Assembly: GCA_963514005.1 (NCBI GenBank)
Contig: OY740783.1
Coordinates: forward strand, 119,846,001-119,910,000
Length of the DNA stretch: 64,000 nt
Direction of reading: 5' to 3'
DNA from: Raja brachyura
Taxonomy: Eukaryota
The notes under the pieces are model-generated. The model saw only the letters and a program-made list of their open reading frames with translations. It made no database searches and was not told where the DNA came from. The translations under genes and the position numbers were made by a program. The stretch's first letter is position 1, and every line of letters begins with the position of its first letter. Shown here piece after piece: positions 36,345 to 48,490 of this stretch.

Positions 36345-36850
36345 ATGCCCCCTGGGTGCAAATGCGGCGTAGACGGAATTAGGAGTAGGGGGACAGAGTC
36401 CTTACAAGAAGCAGGGCGTGAAGAAGTGTAGTCTAGATAACTATGGGAGTCCGTCGGTTTGCAGTAGATGTCGGTCAGTAGTCTTGCCTGAGATGGTGAG
36501 ATCTAGAAACGGTAGGGAGATGTCGGAAATGGTCCAGGTGAATTTGAGTGCTGGATGGAAATTAGTGGTGAAATGGATGAAGTCAGTGAAGTCAGCACCA
36601 ATGCAGTTTGTTAATGTAGCGGAGGTAGAGTTCGGGGATAGGGCCACGGTATGCCTCAAACAAGGATTGTTCAACGTATCCTACAAAGAGGCAGGCATAG
36701 CTGGGGCCCATGCGCATGCCCATAGCTATGCCTTGGATTTGGAGGAAATGGGAGGATTCAAAGGAAAAGTTGTTGAGGGTAAGGACCAGCTCTGCTAGGC
36801 GGAGGAGAGTATTAGTAAACAGAGATTAGTTGGTTCTGCGATCAAGAAAG
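36345..36850 (-). mobile_element. Penelope-like RT fragment
   Basis: Minus strand encodes FIHFTTNFHPALKFTWTISDISLPFLDLTIS and a GMRMGPSYACLF-like motif. Confidence 0.8.
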
Positions 36851-37837
36851 ATAATTTGTACTAGAACATATAACATAGAACTTGGAACAGTACAGCAGAA
36901 GAACAGGTCCTTCGACCTGCAATGTCTGAGCCGACCATGAGGCCAAGACCGACTCTTATCTGCCTGTACATAATCCCTATCCCTCCTTTAGTCTCTAGTA
37001 TTACATATTTGTTGGTGTCTGTCTGTTGACAAATACACAGTGTTCTTGGAAAAAACAATCCAAATCTGTCCAAACGTTCCATATAACTAATACCCCATAA
37101 TCCAAGCATCATTCAGGTAAAAGTGCACCATTTCCAAAGCCTCCGCATCCTTCCTGTACGTGCAGTTCCGGTTTCCCCATTAATGTTCAAAATCTTTTCT
37201 AGGATGGAATAGTTAAATGTGTTAACATGTTTAGACATATTTTCCAATCTTTAGAGCTTATAGTCTTGTAGAAGATTGGTGTATTGTTCGGGAAGTACTC
37301 TATATAACATGAACGTAATAGAGATTTTAAAATAACAATCACAAATATCTTGGAATGATCATTTAAATTAAATAAAGTAAAGTTTGAAAGTGATTTTCAA
37401 TAGTGAAACTATTGTAAATAAAATTAATGCAGTAATTGAATTTTTCTAAGAGTATAAAACATTCTGCTGAACACAGTACTTTAATTGACAACTTCATAAA
37501 ATCCTCAACCCAGCTTGCTTAGCAAGGCCATAAATTCACCCTTTCATTTAATTCACATTGTTTATTACTAACTATTAAAATAACAAGGTTGTAAATAAAT
37601 TATCCTGAACAGATTATGTTTGATTTGTTAATAAAAACATGGTAAAAAATTAATGACATAATATTAATAAAGAAATCATGCCATGGAGACGCATGATAAG
37701 AAATAGAAGGTGCATTTGCAGAACATTAATGTATTCTACTCTATAATGTAGACTCACATATAAAGGAATTATATGAATCTGAATACAGAAAGGATTTACA
37801 TTTTCTTTTTCTGTTTGGTTAGCATTCAAGAAATGAG

Positions 37838-37979
37838 ATGGAGCAAAGAGAGTCTCATAGTTGGTATGCTGGACTGGAACTTTACCACAAACAATTATCT
37901 ACACACGCTCAACAGATAATGAAAGCCATTCGATCTGAGCATACGAGGAGAATGCAAAAGTCAGGAGAAAGCAAATGCT
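37838..37979 (+). CDS. POLN: DNA polymerase nu, first coding exon (exon starts 37823)
   Basis: MEQRESHSWYAGLELYHKQLSTHAQQIMKAIRS resembles the recalled human POLN N-terminus (GFDLCNTPLSSVAQKIMSAMHS). Polypyrimidine tract + ag acceptor, donor T|GTGAGT, phase 1, expected position after HAUS3. Confidence 0.85.
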
Positions 37980-40580
37980 GTGAGTTGTCACAAGAGGTCC
38001 TCACGGACACCCCAATCTGGTATTTGCAGCAACATACTGTATAAACAGCTTAAACATCCTATTAACTTTAAATCTTCAACAAGTTAGACTACCCCAGAGT
38101 ATCCAGTGTTCTGATTTAGTAGAGACATAAGGAACTGCAGATGCTGGGATCTTGAGCAGAACACAAAGTGCTGGAGGAACTCAGCCAGTTAAGTACCATC
38201 TGTGCAGGGAATGGGCAGGTCACATTGTGGAATCTTCAGATTCCAGCGACTGCAGTTTCTTGTGCCTCCATTGGCCTGTAAGGTAGTTGATTTTAGTTCC
38301 AAATATTTATTTTGTGGCAAGAGTTACCCAAGGGGAAATTGTAATATATAAACCATATACTGAATTAACACAGATTGAGTGTAAACCGGTTTTTATGCGG
38401 GTCTTTATATTTTTAGAGTCTGAAGAAGGGTCTGGAGCCGAATGTTGACTGTCCATCGCCTCCTAAGATGTTACCTGACCCGCTGAGTTCCCCCACAGGA
38501 CATTGTGTTTTGTCCTGATGTAGTAGATTGCCTAAGCATCACTTTTTGGGTTCTGCACGTTATGTGGTTTGTTTTGGTCAGTTGCTTGTGTCAAGACCAT
38601 GTGAGCACAAGTCTTTCAGATACTTCCTTATGCAGCAATGCATGATCCAGATGAAGACCCAGCTGTGAGCACATAATTAAGACTGGCACTCCACTGCAGA
38701 ACTGCCCTGTTGAAAATAGCGTGCATATGAGGATCAAGATGCCCCATTTAACCTAGTCCCACTTTCCTGCATTTGGCCCATAACCCTCTAAACCTTTCCT
38801 GTTCTGATGTAAAATGCACTTATCATATTTGATACAAATACCTCCTCTGGTAGCTCATTCCATATACCTACCACCCTCTGAGTGAAAATGTTGCCCCTCA
38901 GGTTTCTTTTAAATCTTTCCCCTCGCACCTTAAACCTATGTCCTCTTGTTCTTGGTTCCTTCACTCTGGGGGAAAAAAAATTACAGAGTGCAATCACCCT
39001 ATTTATTTACCTCATATATTTATACACTTCTATAAGATCACCACTTGGCCTCCTGCACTCACCCCACAGAATAAAGTCCAATCGTGCCCAACTTCTCCCT
39101 ATAGCTCAGGCCCTCGAGTCCTGGCAACATCTTCATAAATCATGTCTACTATTTCTAGATTAATGACATCTATCCTGTAACAAGTTGACCAAAATACTCC
39201 AAATGTACATCCTCGTGAACATCTTGTACAATACATTCAAACTCTGACTGATGATAGCTAATATACTGAAAGCCTTCCTGAGCCACCCTATCTATCTGTG
39301 ACACGACTTTCAAGGAACTGCGCACTTGCATTCCAAGATCTCTGTCCTGGGTCCTGGTTTGACTTTGCACTTATTTCATTAAACTCCATCAGACATAACT
39401 CAATCCACTTGCCCAACTGATCAAGATCGTGCTGTAATCTATGATAACCATTCTCACTGACAATGATACCACTCAATTTAGTATCATCAGTAGACATATT
39501 AATCATGTCTTCAACATTCTCAGTATTAACCATCCCATCAAAAAATGTACAGATTTAATTTTCAATTCCTTCATTATTTCATATTGTTATTAGTTTATAA
39601 TTGACGTGTATTGAGATACAGTGAAATAATTTGTTTTATGTGCTGTTCAGGCAGATCATAGCATTTATAAGTGCAGTCATACCCTTCATGAGAGCAACAG
39701 GTAATGCAAAAGTGGAAAGGAAACAGGGTGCAGAATATAGTGTTATAGCTATGAATAGTGAAAGGCCTGTATAGAGTGGATGTTGGACAGTTTAGGACTA
39801 GAGGCCATAGCCTCAATAAAAGGACATACCTTAAGAAGGGAGATGAGGAATTTCTTTAGTCAGAGGGAGGGGAATCTATGCAAACCTTTGCCACAGATGG
39901 CTGTGGAGGCTAAGTCAATGGATATTTTTAAGGCGGAGATTGACAGCTGCTTGATTAGTAATGGTGTCAGGGGTTACGGGGAGAAGGCAGGAGAATGAGT
40001 GGGAATGATAGATTTAATGGCGGAGTAGACTTGATGGGCCGAACGGCTTAATTCTGCTCCTAGAACTTATGAACTTAAGTGCTACAGAGAAGATGCAAGT
40101 TTAAAAAAAAGCGTAAGGGCCGCCACGAGGTAGATCGCAAGATTATGAATACACCCTTAGCAAATAATGTCTGTTCAATAATCTGATAGAAAAGTGACTC
40201 ATTTACTAGACTAGGTGCCAGAGTTTAGTTTAGCTTTGTTCAGAGATACAGCGTGGAAATAGGCCCTTTGGCTTACCGAGTTCGCGCCGACCAGCGATCC
40301 CCGTACACGAGTACTATCCTACACTCTAGGGACAATTTACAATCTTTTACCAAAGCCAATTAGCCTACAAACTTGTATGACTTTGGAATGTGGGAGAAAA
40401 CCGGAGAAAATCCGCGCAGTCACAGGGAGAATGTACAAACTCCGTGCACAAACTTCGTACACCCTCAAAAAATTCCAGAAGGTTAGTCAAGCATGATTTT
40501 CCCTTCGTAAATCCATGCTTGGACCAACCCTGTTACTGCTGTCCAAATGTGGCGCTATTTCATCTATTTCATCTTTTATG

Positions 40581-43192
40581 ACAATAGATGCAGGAGTAGG
40601 CCATTCCGCCCTTCGAGCCAGCACCGCCATTCAATGTGATCATGGCTGATCATCCACAATCAGTACCCCGTTCCTGCCTTCCCCCCATATCCCCTGACTC
40701 CGCTATCTTTAAGTGCCCCATATAGCTCCCTCTTGAAAGTATCCAGAGATCTGGCCTCCACTGCCCTCTGAGGCAGAGAATTCCACAGACTCACAACTAT
40801 CTGTGTGAGAAAATGTTTCCTCATCTCCGTTCTAAATGGCTTACCCCTTATTCTTAAACTGTGGTCCCTGGACTCCCCCAACATCGGGAACATGTTTCCT
40901 GCCTCTAGCGTTATACCCTTAATAATCTTATGTGTTTCAATAAATCCCCTTCTAAATTCCAGAGTATACAAGCCCAGCCGCTCCATTCTCTCAGCATATG
41001 ACAATCCCGCCATCCGGGGAATTAACCTTGTGAACCGACGCTGTACTCCCTCAATAGCAAGAATGTCCTTCCTCAAATGAGGTGACCAAAACTGCACTCA
41101 ATATTCCAGGTGTGGTCTCACTAGGAACCTGTACAACTGCAGAAGGACCGCTTTGCTCCTATACTTAACTCCTCTTGTTATGAAGGCCAATATGCCACTA
41201 GCTTTCTTCACTGCCTGCTGTACCTGCATGCTTACTTTCATTGACTGATGAACAAGGCCATCCAGATCTCGTACTTCCCCTTTTCCCAACTTAACACCAT
41301 TCAGATAATAATCTGCCTTCCTGTTTTTGCTACCAAAGTGGATAACCTCATATTTAACCGCATTAACCATGCATCTGCCCACTCACCCAACCTGTCCAAG
41401 TCACCCTGCATTCTCCTAGTATCCTCACAGTTCACACTGCCACCCAGCTTTGTGTCATCTGCAAATTTGCTAATGTTACTTTGAATCCCGTCTTCTAAAT
41501 CATTGATGTATATTGTAAATAGCTGCGGTCCCAGCACCGAGCCTTGTGGTACTCCACTAGTCACTGCCTTCCATTCTGAAAGGGACCCGTTAATCCGTAC
41601 TCTTTGTTTCCTGTCTGCAAACCAATTTTCTATCCATGTCAGCACTCTACCCCCAATCCCATGTGCCCTAATTTTGCCCACTAATCTCTTATGTGGGACC
41701 TTATCAAATACTTTCTGGAAGTACAGGTACACTACATTCACTGGCTCTCCCAGTTTTCCTAGTTACATCCTCAAAAAATTCCAGAAGGTTAGTCAAACAT
41801 GATTTTCCCTTCGTAAATCCATGCTGACTTGGACCAACCCTGTTACTGCTGTCCAAATGTGGCGCTATTTCATCTTTTATGATTGACTTCAGTATCTTCC
41901 CCACCACCGATGTCAGGCTAACTGGTCTATAATTCCCTGTTTTCTCTCTCCCGCCTTTCTTAAAAAGTGGGATAATATTAGCTACCCTCCAATCCGCAGA
42001 AACGGATCCTGAATCTATAGAACATTGCGAAATGAACACCAATGCATCCACGATTTCTAGAGCCACTTCCTTAAGTACCCTGGGATGCAGACCATCAGGC
42101 CCTGGGGATTTATTAGTCTTCAGTCCCATCAGTCTACCCAACACCATTTCCTGCCTAATGTGGATTTCCTTCTGTTTCTCCGTCAACCCAGATCCTCTGA
42201 CCACTAGTACATCAGGAAGATTGTTTGTGTCCTCCTTAGTGAAGACGGATCCAAAGTACCTGTTCAACTCATCTGCCATTTCCTTGTTCCCCATAATAAA
42301 TTCACCTTTTTCAGTCTTCAAGGGTCCAACTTTGGTCTTAACTAATTTTTTCCTCTTCACATACCTAAAGAAGCTTTTACTATCCTTTATATTCTTGGCT
42401 AGCTTACATTCGTACCTCATCTTTTCTCCCCGTATTGCCTTTTTAGTTATCTTCTGTTGCTCTTTAAACATTTCCCAATCTTCTTGCTTCCTGGTCATCT
42501 TTGCTATGTTGTACTTCTCTTTTATTTTTATGCTGTCCCTTGTCAGCCACGATCACCCCTTACTCCCCTTGGAATCTTCCTTTCTCTTTGGAATGAACTA
42601 ATCGTGCACCTTCTGTATCATTCCCAGAAATACCTGCCATTGTTGTTCCACTGTCACCCCTGCTAGGATATCTTTCCAGTCAACTTTGTCCAGCTCCTCC
42701 CTCATGGCTCCATAGTCTCCTTTGTTCAACTGTAATACTGACACCTCCAATTTACCCTTCTCCCTCTCAAATTGTGGATTAAAACGTACCATATTATAGT
42801 CACTACCTCCTAATGGCTCCTTAACCTCAAATTCCCTTATCAAATCCGGTTCATTACAAAACGCTAAATCCGGAATTGCCTTCTACCTGGAAGAGTCCAC
42901 TACAAGCTGCTCTAAGAATCCATCATGGAGGCACTCCACAAACTCCCTTTCTTGGGGTCCAGTACCAACCTGATTTTCCCAGTCTACCTGCATGTTGAAA
43001 TCTCCCATAACAACCGTAGCATTACCTTTACGACATGCCAAATTTAACTCTTGATTCAACTTGCACCCTATATCCAGGCTACTGTTTGGGGGCCTGTAGA
43101 TGAGTCCCATTAGGGTTTTTTTACTCTTTAAAATCCTTAGTTCTATCCATACTGACTCCACATCTCCTGTTTCAATGTCACCCCTTGCAAGG
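40581..43192 (-). mobile_element. CR1 LINE, 3' ~2.6 kb of ORF2 (APE C-terminus + RT), frameshifted
   Basis: YRPPNS, MGDFN, KSPGPDGLHPRVLKE, NYRPVSLTSVVGK, SGVPQGSVLGP, KFADD; CR1 3' tail at ~40585. Confidence 0.93.
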
Positions 43193-44004
43193 TTCTTGTG
43201 CCAAACTGTTCAATGTGGCAAAAGGCCCATAAATTTGATTGTCTCCTCAATTCAGTAGCAATTTGGATCGGCCAAATAAATGCAGGTATTTCCAGTGAGA
43301 AACATACGTTCTATGGATGATAAATAAAAACTAAATACAGATGTTAGTTTCTTTGTATTTATAACAACCAAACCTTCTTACTCCAATTTATTTATTTTCC
43401 TTTATCAATGAATTGAATATATAAACTTTTTAATGGGAAAATGCACAGTTAGAGCCATGAGAAGGGAATGGAATATTCCTAACAGATCTAACTATAAATT
43501 GTAAAATATTTTGTAATTGAGTTTATATTTTACATACTGCAAAGCAAGTGGGAACATGCCTCTTGCACATTTCAGTGTGCAAGAGGCACCTTATTCTGCT
43601 TAACAGTATACATAATTCATTTATCTATTAACAATGAATTAAGGTACATTTTCAATGAAGTATTAAACAGTCTGTGTTATAGTTAATAGGATCTAACACA
43701 GGATATCACAATGGTACAATATTGTGACTATTCAGAAGCTGACACAAATGTTCAATGTTTTTTTAATTTACCAGCATTGCCAATAAGGCCAGCATTTATT
43801 GGCTATCCTAATTGCTCTTCAGAAGATGGTGGTGAATTCTTCTTCACTGCTGCAGACCTTCTGGTGATGGTTCTTCCAAAGTGTCTTCCAGAGTTAGACC
43901 CACTGATGATGAAGGAACAGCAATAGGTTTCAAAGTCAGGATGTTTAGTGACTTAATTGAGATGAGCACAATTCATTTTTATTGCACAAATGGGATAAAG
44001 TAAT

Positions 44005-45835
44005 GTGCAGGAAGGAACTGCAGATGCTGGTTTAAACCAAAGATAGTCACAAAAAGCTGGAATAAATCAGCAGGTCAGACAGCATCTCTGGAGAAAAGTA
44101 ATAGGTGACGTTTCAGATTGAGACCCATCTTCAGACTGAGAGACACACGAAAGGGAAACAAGAGATATGGACGGTGATATAGAGAGATATAGACCAATTG
44201 AATGAAAGATATGCAAAGAAGTAATGATGATAAATGTAACAATCCATTGTTAATTGTGGACTAGGTGATAACGAGTTATACAAACAGTGAAATTCAACAG
44301 GACCACAGAGGGGCTAATACAACGACTGTGTGGGGGAGGGATGGAGAGAGAGGGAATGCAAGGGTCATCGCAACAACCTGGAGCTCAACGCTCTCAAGAG
44401 AGTGGAATTGATTGTAGACTTTAGGTGAACTCCCCCTCTCCTCACCCCATTCACCATCAACAACACCGCAGTCACATCTGTGGAGTCTTTTAAGTTCTTG
44501 GGAACCATCATCTCCAAGGACCTTAAATGGAGGCCACCATTGACTCCACAGTCAAAAAGGCAAAACAGAGGATGTACTTCCTATGGCAGCTGAGGAAGCA
44601 CAATCTGCCACAGGTCCAATTCTATACGACCATCATAGAGTCTGTCCTCACCTTGTCCATCATGGTCTGGTTTGGCTCAGCCACCAAGCACGACATCCGG
44701 AGGCTGCATGAATCGTTCTATTAGCTGAGAAGGTTATTGGCTGCAACCTTCCCTCCATTGACGAACTGTACACTGCAAGGGCCAGGAAGCGAGCGGGTAA
44801 GATCATCTCTGACCCCTCTCACCCTGGCCACAAACTCTTTGAATCGCTTCCCTCTGGAAGGTAACTCCGGACTGTCAAAGCTGCCACAGCCAGACATAAA
44901 AACAGCTTTTTTCCCCACGAGTAGTAGCTCTACTCAATAACCAAAAATCTGCAGCCTCCTTTTGCTCTGGTATTTTATTTAATTCACATGTTTAATCAAT
45001 AATGTTTTGTTATTAATGTTTTATGTGTCATTCATAAATGTATGTCATGTTGACACTTGCAGGCGGAGCACCAAGGCAAATTCCTTGTATGGGAATACTT
45101 GGCCAATAAACTTATTCATTCATTCATTCATTCATTCATTCACTTGGAGTTAGATAAATGAATATTCATGCCGCTGGGTTGTAAGCAGCCCAAGCGAAAT
45201 ATTAGGTGCCGATCCTCCAATTTGTATTTGGCCTCACTCTTAATTCTATCGCATCTGCGCCCAAGATGAGGTGTTCCATACTAGGACATCCGAGATGTCC
45301 TCATTCTTTAGGGAATGGGGATTCCCCTCTCCCATCATAGATGAGGCCCTCACTCATATCCCCGCAGCTCCGCCCTTGCTCCCCCTCCCCCTAATCACAA
45401 CAGAGACAGAGTCCTCCTAGTCCTTACCTTCCACCCCATCAGCCATCGCACACAACACATAATTATCCAAAATATCCGCCATCTCCAACGGGATCCCACC
45501 ACTAGCCACATTTTCCCATCTCCACCCCTTTCCGTCTTCCGCAGAGATCGTTCCCTCCGCAACTCCCTGGTTTACTCATCCCTTCCCACCCAAACCACCC
45601 CCTCCCCAGGTACCTTCCCCTGCAACTGCAGAAGATGCAACACCTGTCGCTATACCTCCTCCCTCGACTGTCCAGGGACCTGACAGTCCTTTCATGTTAG
45701 GCAGAGGTTCACTTGCACCTCCTGCAACCTCATCTACTGTATCTGTTGTTCTCTTATACATCGATGAGGACTCTTATACATCAGCGAGACCAAACGCAGA
45801 TTTGGCAATCGTTTCGCCGAACACCTTCTGCAACC
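44005..45835. mobile_element. Penelope-like element with inverted structure (- tail 44005-45240, + RT/GIY-YIG part 45245-45835), interrupted by a Rex1-like LINE
   Basis: pLTR tail on the minus strand. The + part encodes RDRVLLVLTFHP, FRRDRSLRNSLV, GTFPCNCRRCNTC, FTCTSCNLIYCI. Confidence 0.75.
44365..45141 (+). mobile_element. Rex1/Babar-like LINE 3' fragment with (ATTC)n tail
   Basis: NNLELNALK, FKFLGTII, KKAKQRMYFL; aataaa followed by attc repeats. Confidence 0.8.
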
Positions 45836-47300
45836 TGATTCTATGTCACACCTCGCAAGGGACTGAATTTGATTCCTTACCAACAGAGCTACCCCACCCC
45901 CTCTGCCCACCTGTCTGTCTTTTCGATAGGACGTATATCCCTGAATATTCAGTTCCCAGCCCTAGTCCTCTTGCAGCCGTATCTCTGTAATTCTCACAAC
46001 ATCATACTTGCCAATTTCTAACTGAGCCTCAAGCTAATCCACTTTATCCCAGATATTTCGCGCATTCATATATAATACTTTTAATCCATTAATCACCTCA
46101 CCTTTCACATTGATTCCTATTTCACTTGGCCATACTCTCCTATCCTTTCGTGAGCTTTCTGCCCCCTTAATTCTGGTGTCTTTCTTAACTTTTCCTATAC
46201 TCTCTTTCCCTGTAACTCCATCCTTGTATTTTCAATTTGTCTCCTCCCCCCCACTATTTAGTTTAAGCCCACCTGTGTAGCAGTGGCAAACATGCCTGCC
46301 TGAATGCTGGTCTCCCACCTGTTAAGGTGCAACCCGTCTCTTTTGTACAATTCACCATTACACCAGAACAGATCCCAGTGGTCTAAGAATGTAAAGCCCT
46401 GATCCCTGCACCAGCTCCTCAGCCACACATTCAGATCCCCTAACGCCCTGTTTCTGCCATCACCAGGAAGAGGAACTGGAAGCTAACTGGAGATATCCAC
46501 CCTGGAAGTCCTTGTTCCGAGCTCTCTCAGATCACGCTGCAAAATGTCTTTCCCTCCTGACGTCTTTTGTGCCGACATGCACTACCACTTCCGGCTGCTC
46601 ACCCTCACCCTTGAGGATGCTCTGCAATCGGTTCGTGACATCCTGGATCCTGGCACCAGGGAGGCAACACACCATCCTTGAATCCAGCCTTTTGCTGCAG
46701 AAACCCCTGTCTGTACCTCTCACGATGGAGTCCCCGACTATCACGACTCTGCCTGATGTCTGTCTCTTCTCTTCAGCGCCATGGTTTGACTCGCAGACCT
46801 GTCCTCCGCTCAGAATGGCAGTGCCTTCTGTCTCGACAGCTTCCAAGCTTCCAAACATGTTTTCAAGAGGTACATCCCCCGGGGTCTGCTGTACTCCAAA
46901 CTTCCTTCCCTTGCTCATCGTCACCCACCTTCTCTCTTCCGGTACCTTCGGTGTAACGATCTCGCTGTAGGTCCTGTTCAGGAAACTCTAATTTTCCCGG
47001 ATAGTCCTGAGGTCATCCAGTTGCCTCTATAGTGCCCCAACATGGTCCTTCAGGAGCTGAACGTGGACACACTTTCCACAGTTGTAGCAGCCAGAGGCCC
47101 TGACCTCCCATATCCTGCAAGCATCACACTGAATCAGTTTATCTATCATTTATTCACTGCGTCTCTCCAACTTTTGGCGTTGTCTCCTCACCTCAGCCTC
47201 CTTGCCAAAGAACCTCGAGCCAAAGACTCGCACTTTTCTCACAAGGCACTTCCCTCGACAAGGCCGCTCCCGTAGAGCAAACATTACTTATATTAGCTGA
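45836..47300 (-). mobile_element. CR1 LINE 5' part: ORF1 SGNH esterase + start of the ORF2 APE
   Basis: VIVGDSIVRG..VCCLPGARIQDV..VVVHVGT(K)D; downstream LYMNARNI and RKDRQVGRGGGVALLV. Confidence 0.88.
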
Positions 47301-48182
47301 TAAATTGACTAATTTGCTAAATTACCGAATTGCCAATTAAATTCCTCAGCCAATCCCCGCACTCACTCCTTCACCTGCCGCTCCTGAAGGTATGTGTTGC
47401 ATGCTGGCCATGAGTCACCATGTTCCGGCACCATCTTGCCACTTCCAAGTCTATGAAAAGTCCAATCTTGGCCCAAGGCGAAGATTGTCTCATTTTAAGG
47501 CCTGGTGTCCCAGCGGCACTGGATCGATGAAGTAAAGCTCTGCCTGGTCCAGCACGATGTCGTCAGCTCCTTCCACTGCTGGTTCGTGCAACTGCCGCAG
47601 GCTGTGCTTGATCCACTCACTCACCCGCCTCCTGCAGCCGCAGCTGCCTCTGCCAGCACCAGTTCCCGTGACCCCTGCAAACGTGGTGTCCATCGCTTCC
47701 AGCATACAGGGATAGTCTTGCTGATACGTATCCAAGAAATGTATTCACACTGTACACGTGACAATAAAGAAATGAACCATTGAACCATTCCAGCAGGCGC
47801 CCCTCCACTGCCATGCCCTGAGGTCTCCATGTCCCCTTTTGCCGAGCCGTTCGTGGAACTCTCGGATACTCTCCAAGGACGCAGGGGGACTAAGTTCACT
47901 GATGGTTCACAGCCGTCAACGTTCCCCTTCACTTTCAAACACTGCCATCTTGGTGAACATTTGTCCAGTTGAATTGTTAAGTTTAACCAGAGAAACCGAG
48001 AATGAGAAATTGTTTGGAAATATTTTCCTGAGGTGTTGAGTGTACAACTCACCAAGCAGCAATGCAAACTGGGTATGAATGTCTGGGAAACTGGTTCAAT
48101 GGTTCATTCGCACTTCATTGTCACATGTGCTATGACACTGAATTATTATTTTTTGCATACAATTCAGTAAAATCTAACTGTA

Positions 48183-48490
48183 GGGCGGCTTGGTGGTGTA
48201 GCAGTACCTGAGACCCAGGTTCAATCCTGACTACGGGTACTGTCTGTACGGAGTTTGTACGTTCTCGCCGTGACCAACGCGGGTTTTCTCAGAGATCTTC
48301 GGTTTCCTCCCACACTCCAAAGGCGCACAGGTTTGTAGGTTAATTGGCTTGGTATGAATGTAAAATTGTCCCTAGTGTGTGTAGGCTGGTGTTAATGTGT
48401 GGGGATCGCTGGTCGGTGCGGACTTGGTTGGCTAAGGAGCCTGTTTCCGCGCTGTATCTCTAAATTAAACTAAACTAAACCTAAACCTAA
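48183..48490 (+). mobile_element. Near-complete HE1-like V-SINE (other copies ~543-700, 23400-23548, 32250-32415, 40225-40455, 52350-52486, 62985-63262)
   Basis: tRNA-like head (ggttcaatcc B-box), V-domain tttcctcccacactccaaag, CR1-like tail ending in (taaac)n. Confidence 0.82.

Noticed and set aside
47400-48070. GC-richer segment with 65-148 aa ORFs
   Set aside because: Bordered by LINE/SINE-type tails with (tgaaccat)n; no recognisable protein or coherent splice signals.
48183-48250. tRNA gene
   Set aside because: tRNA-derived SINE head only; no complete cloverleaf.
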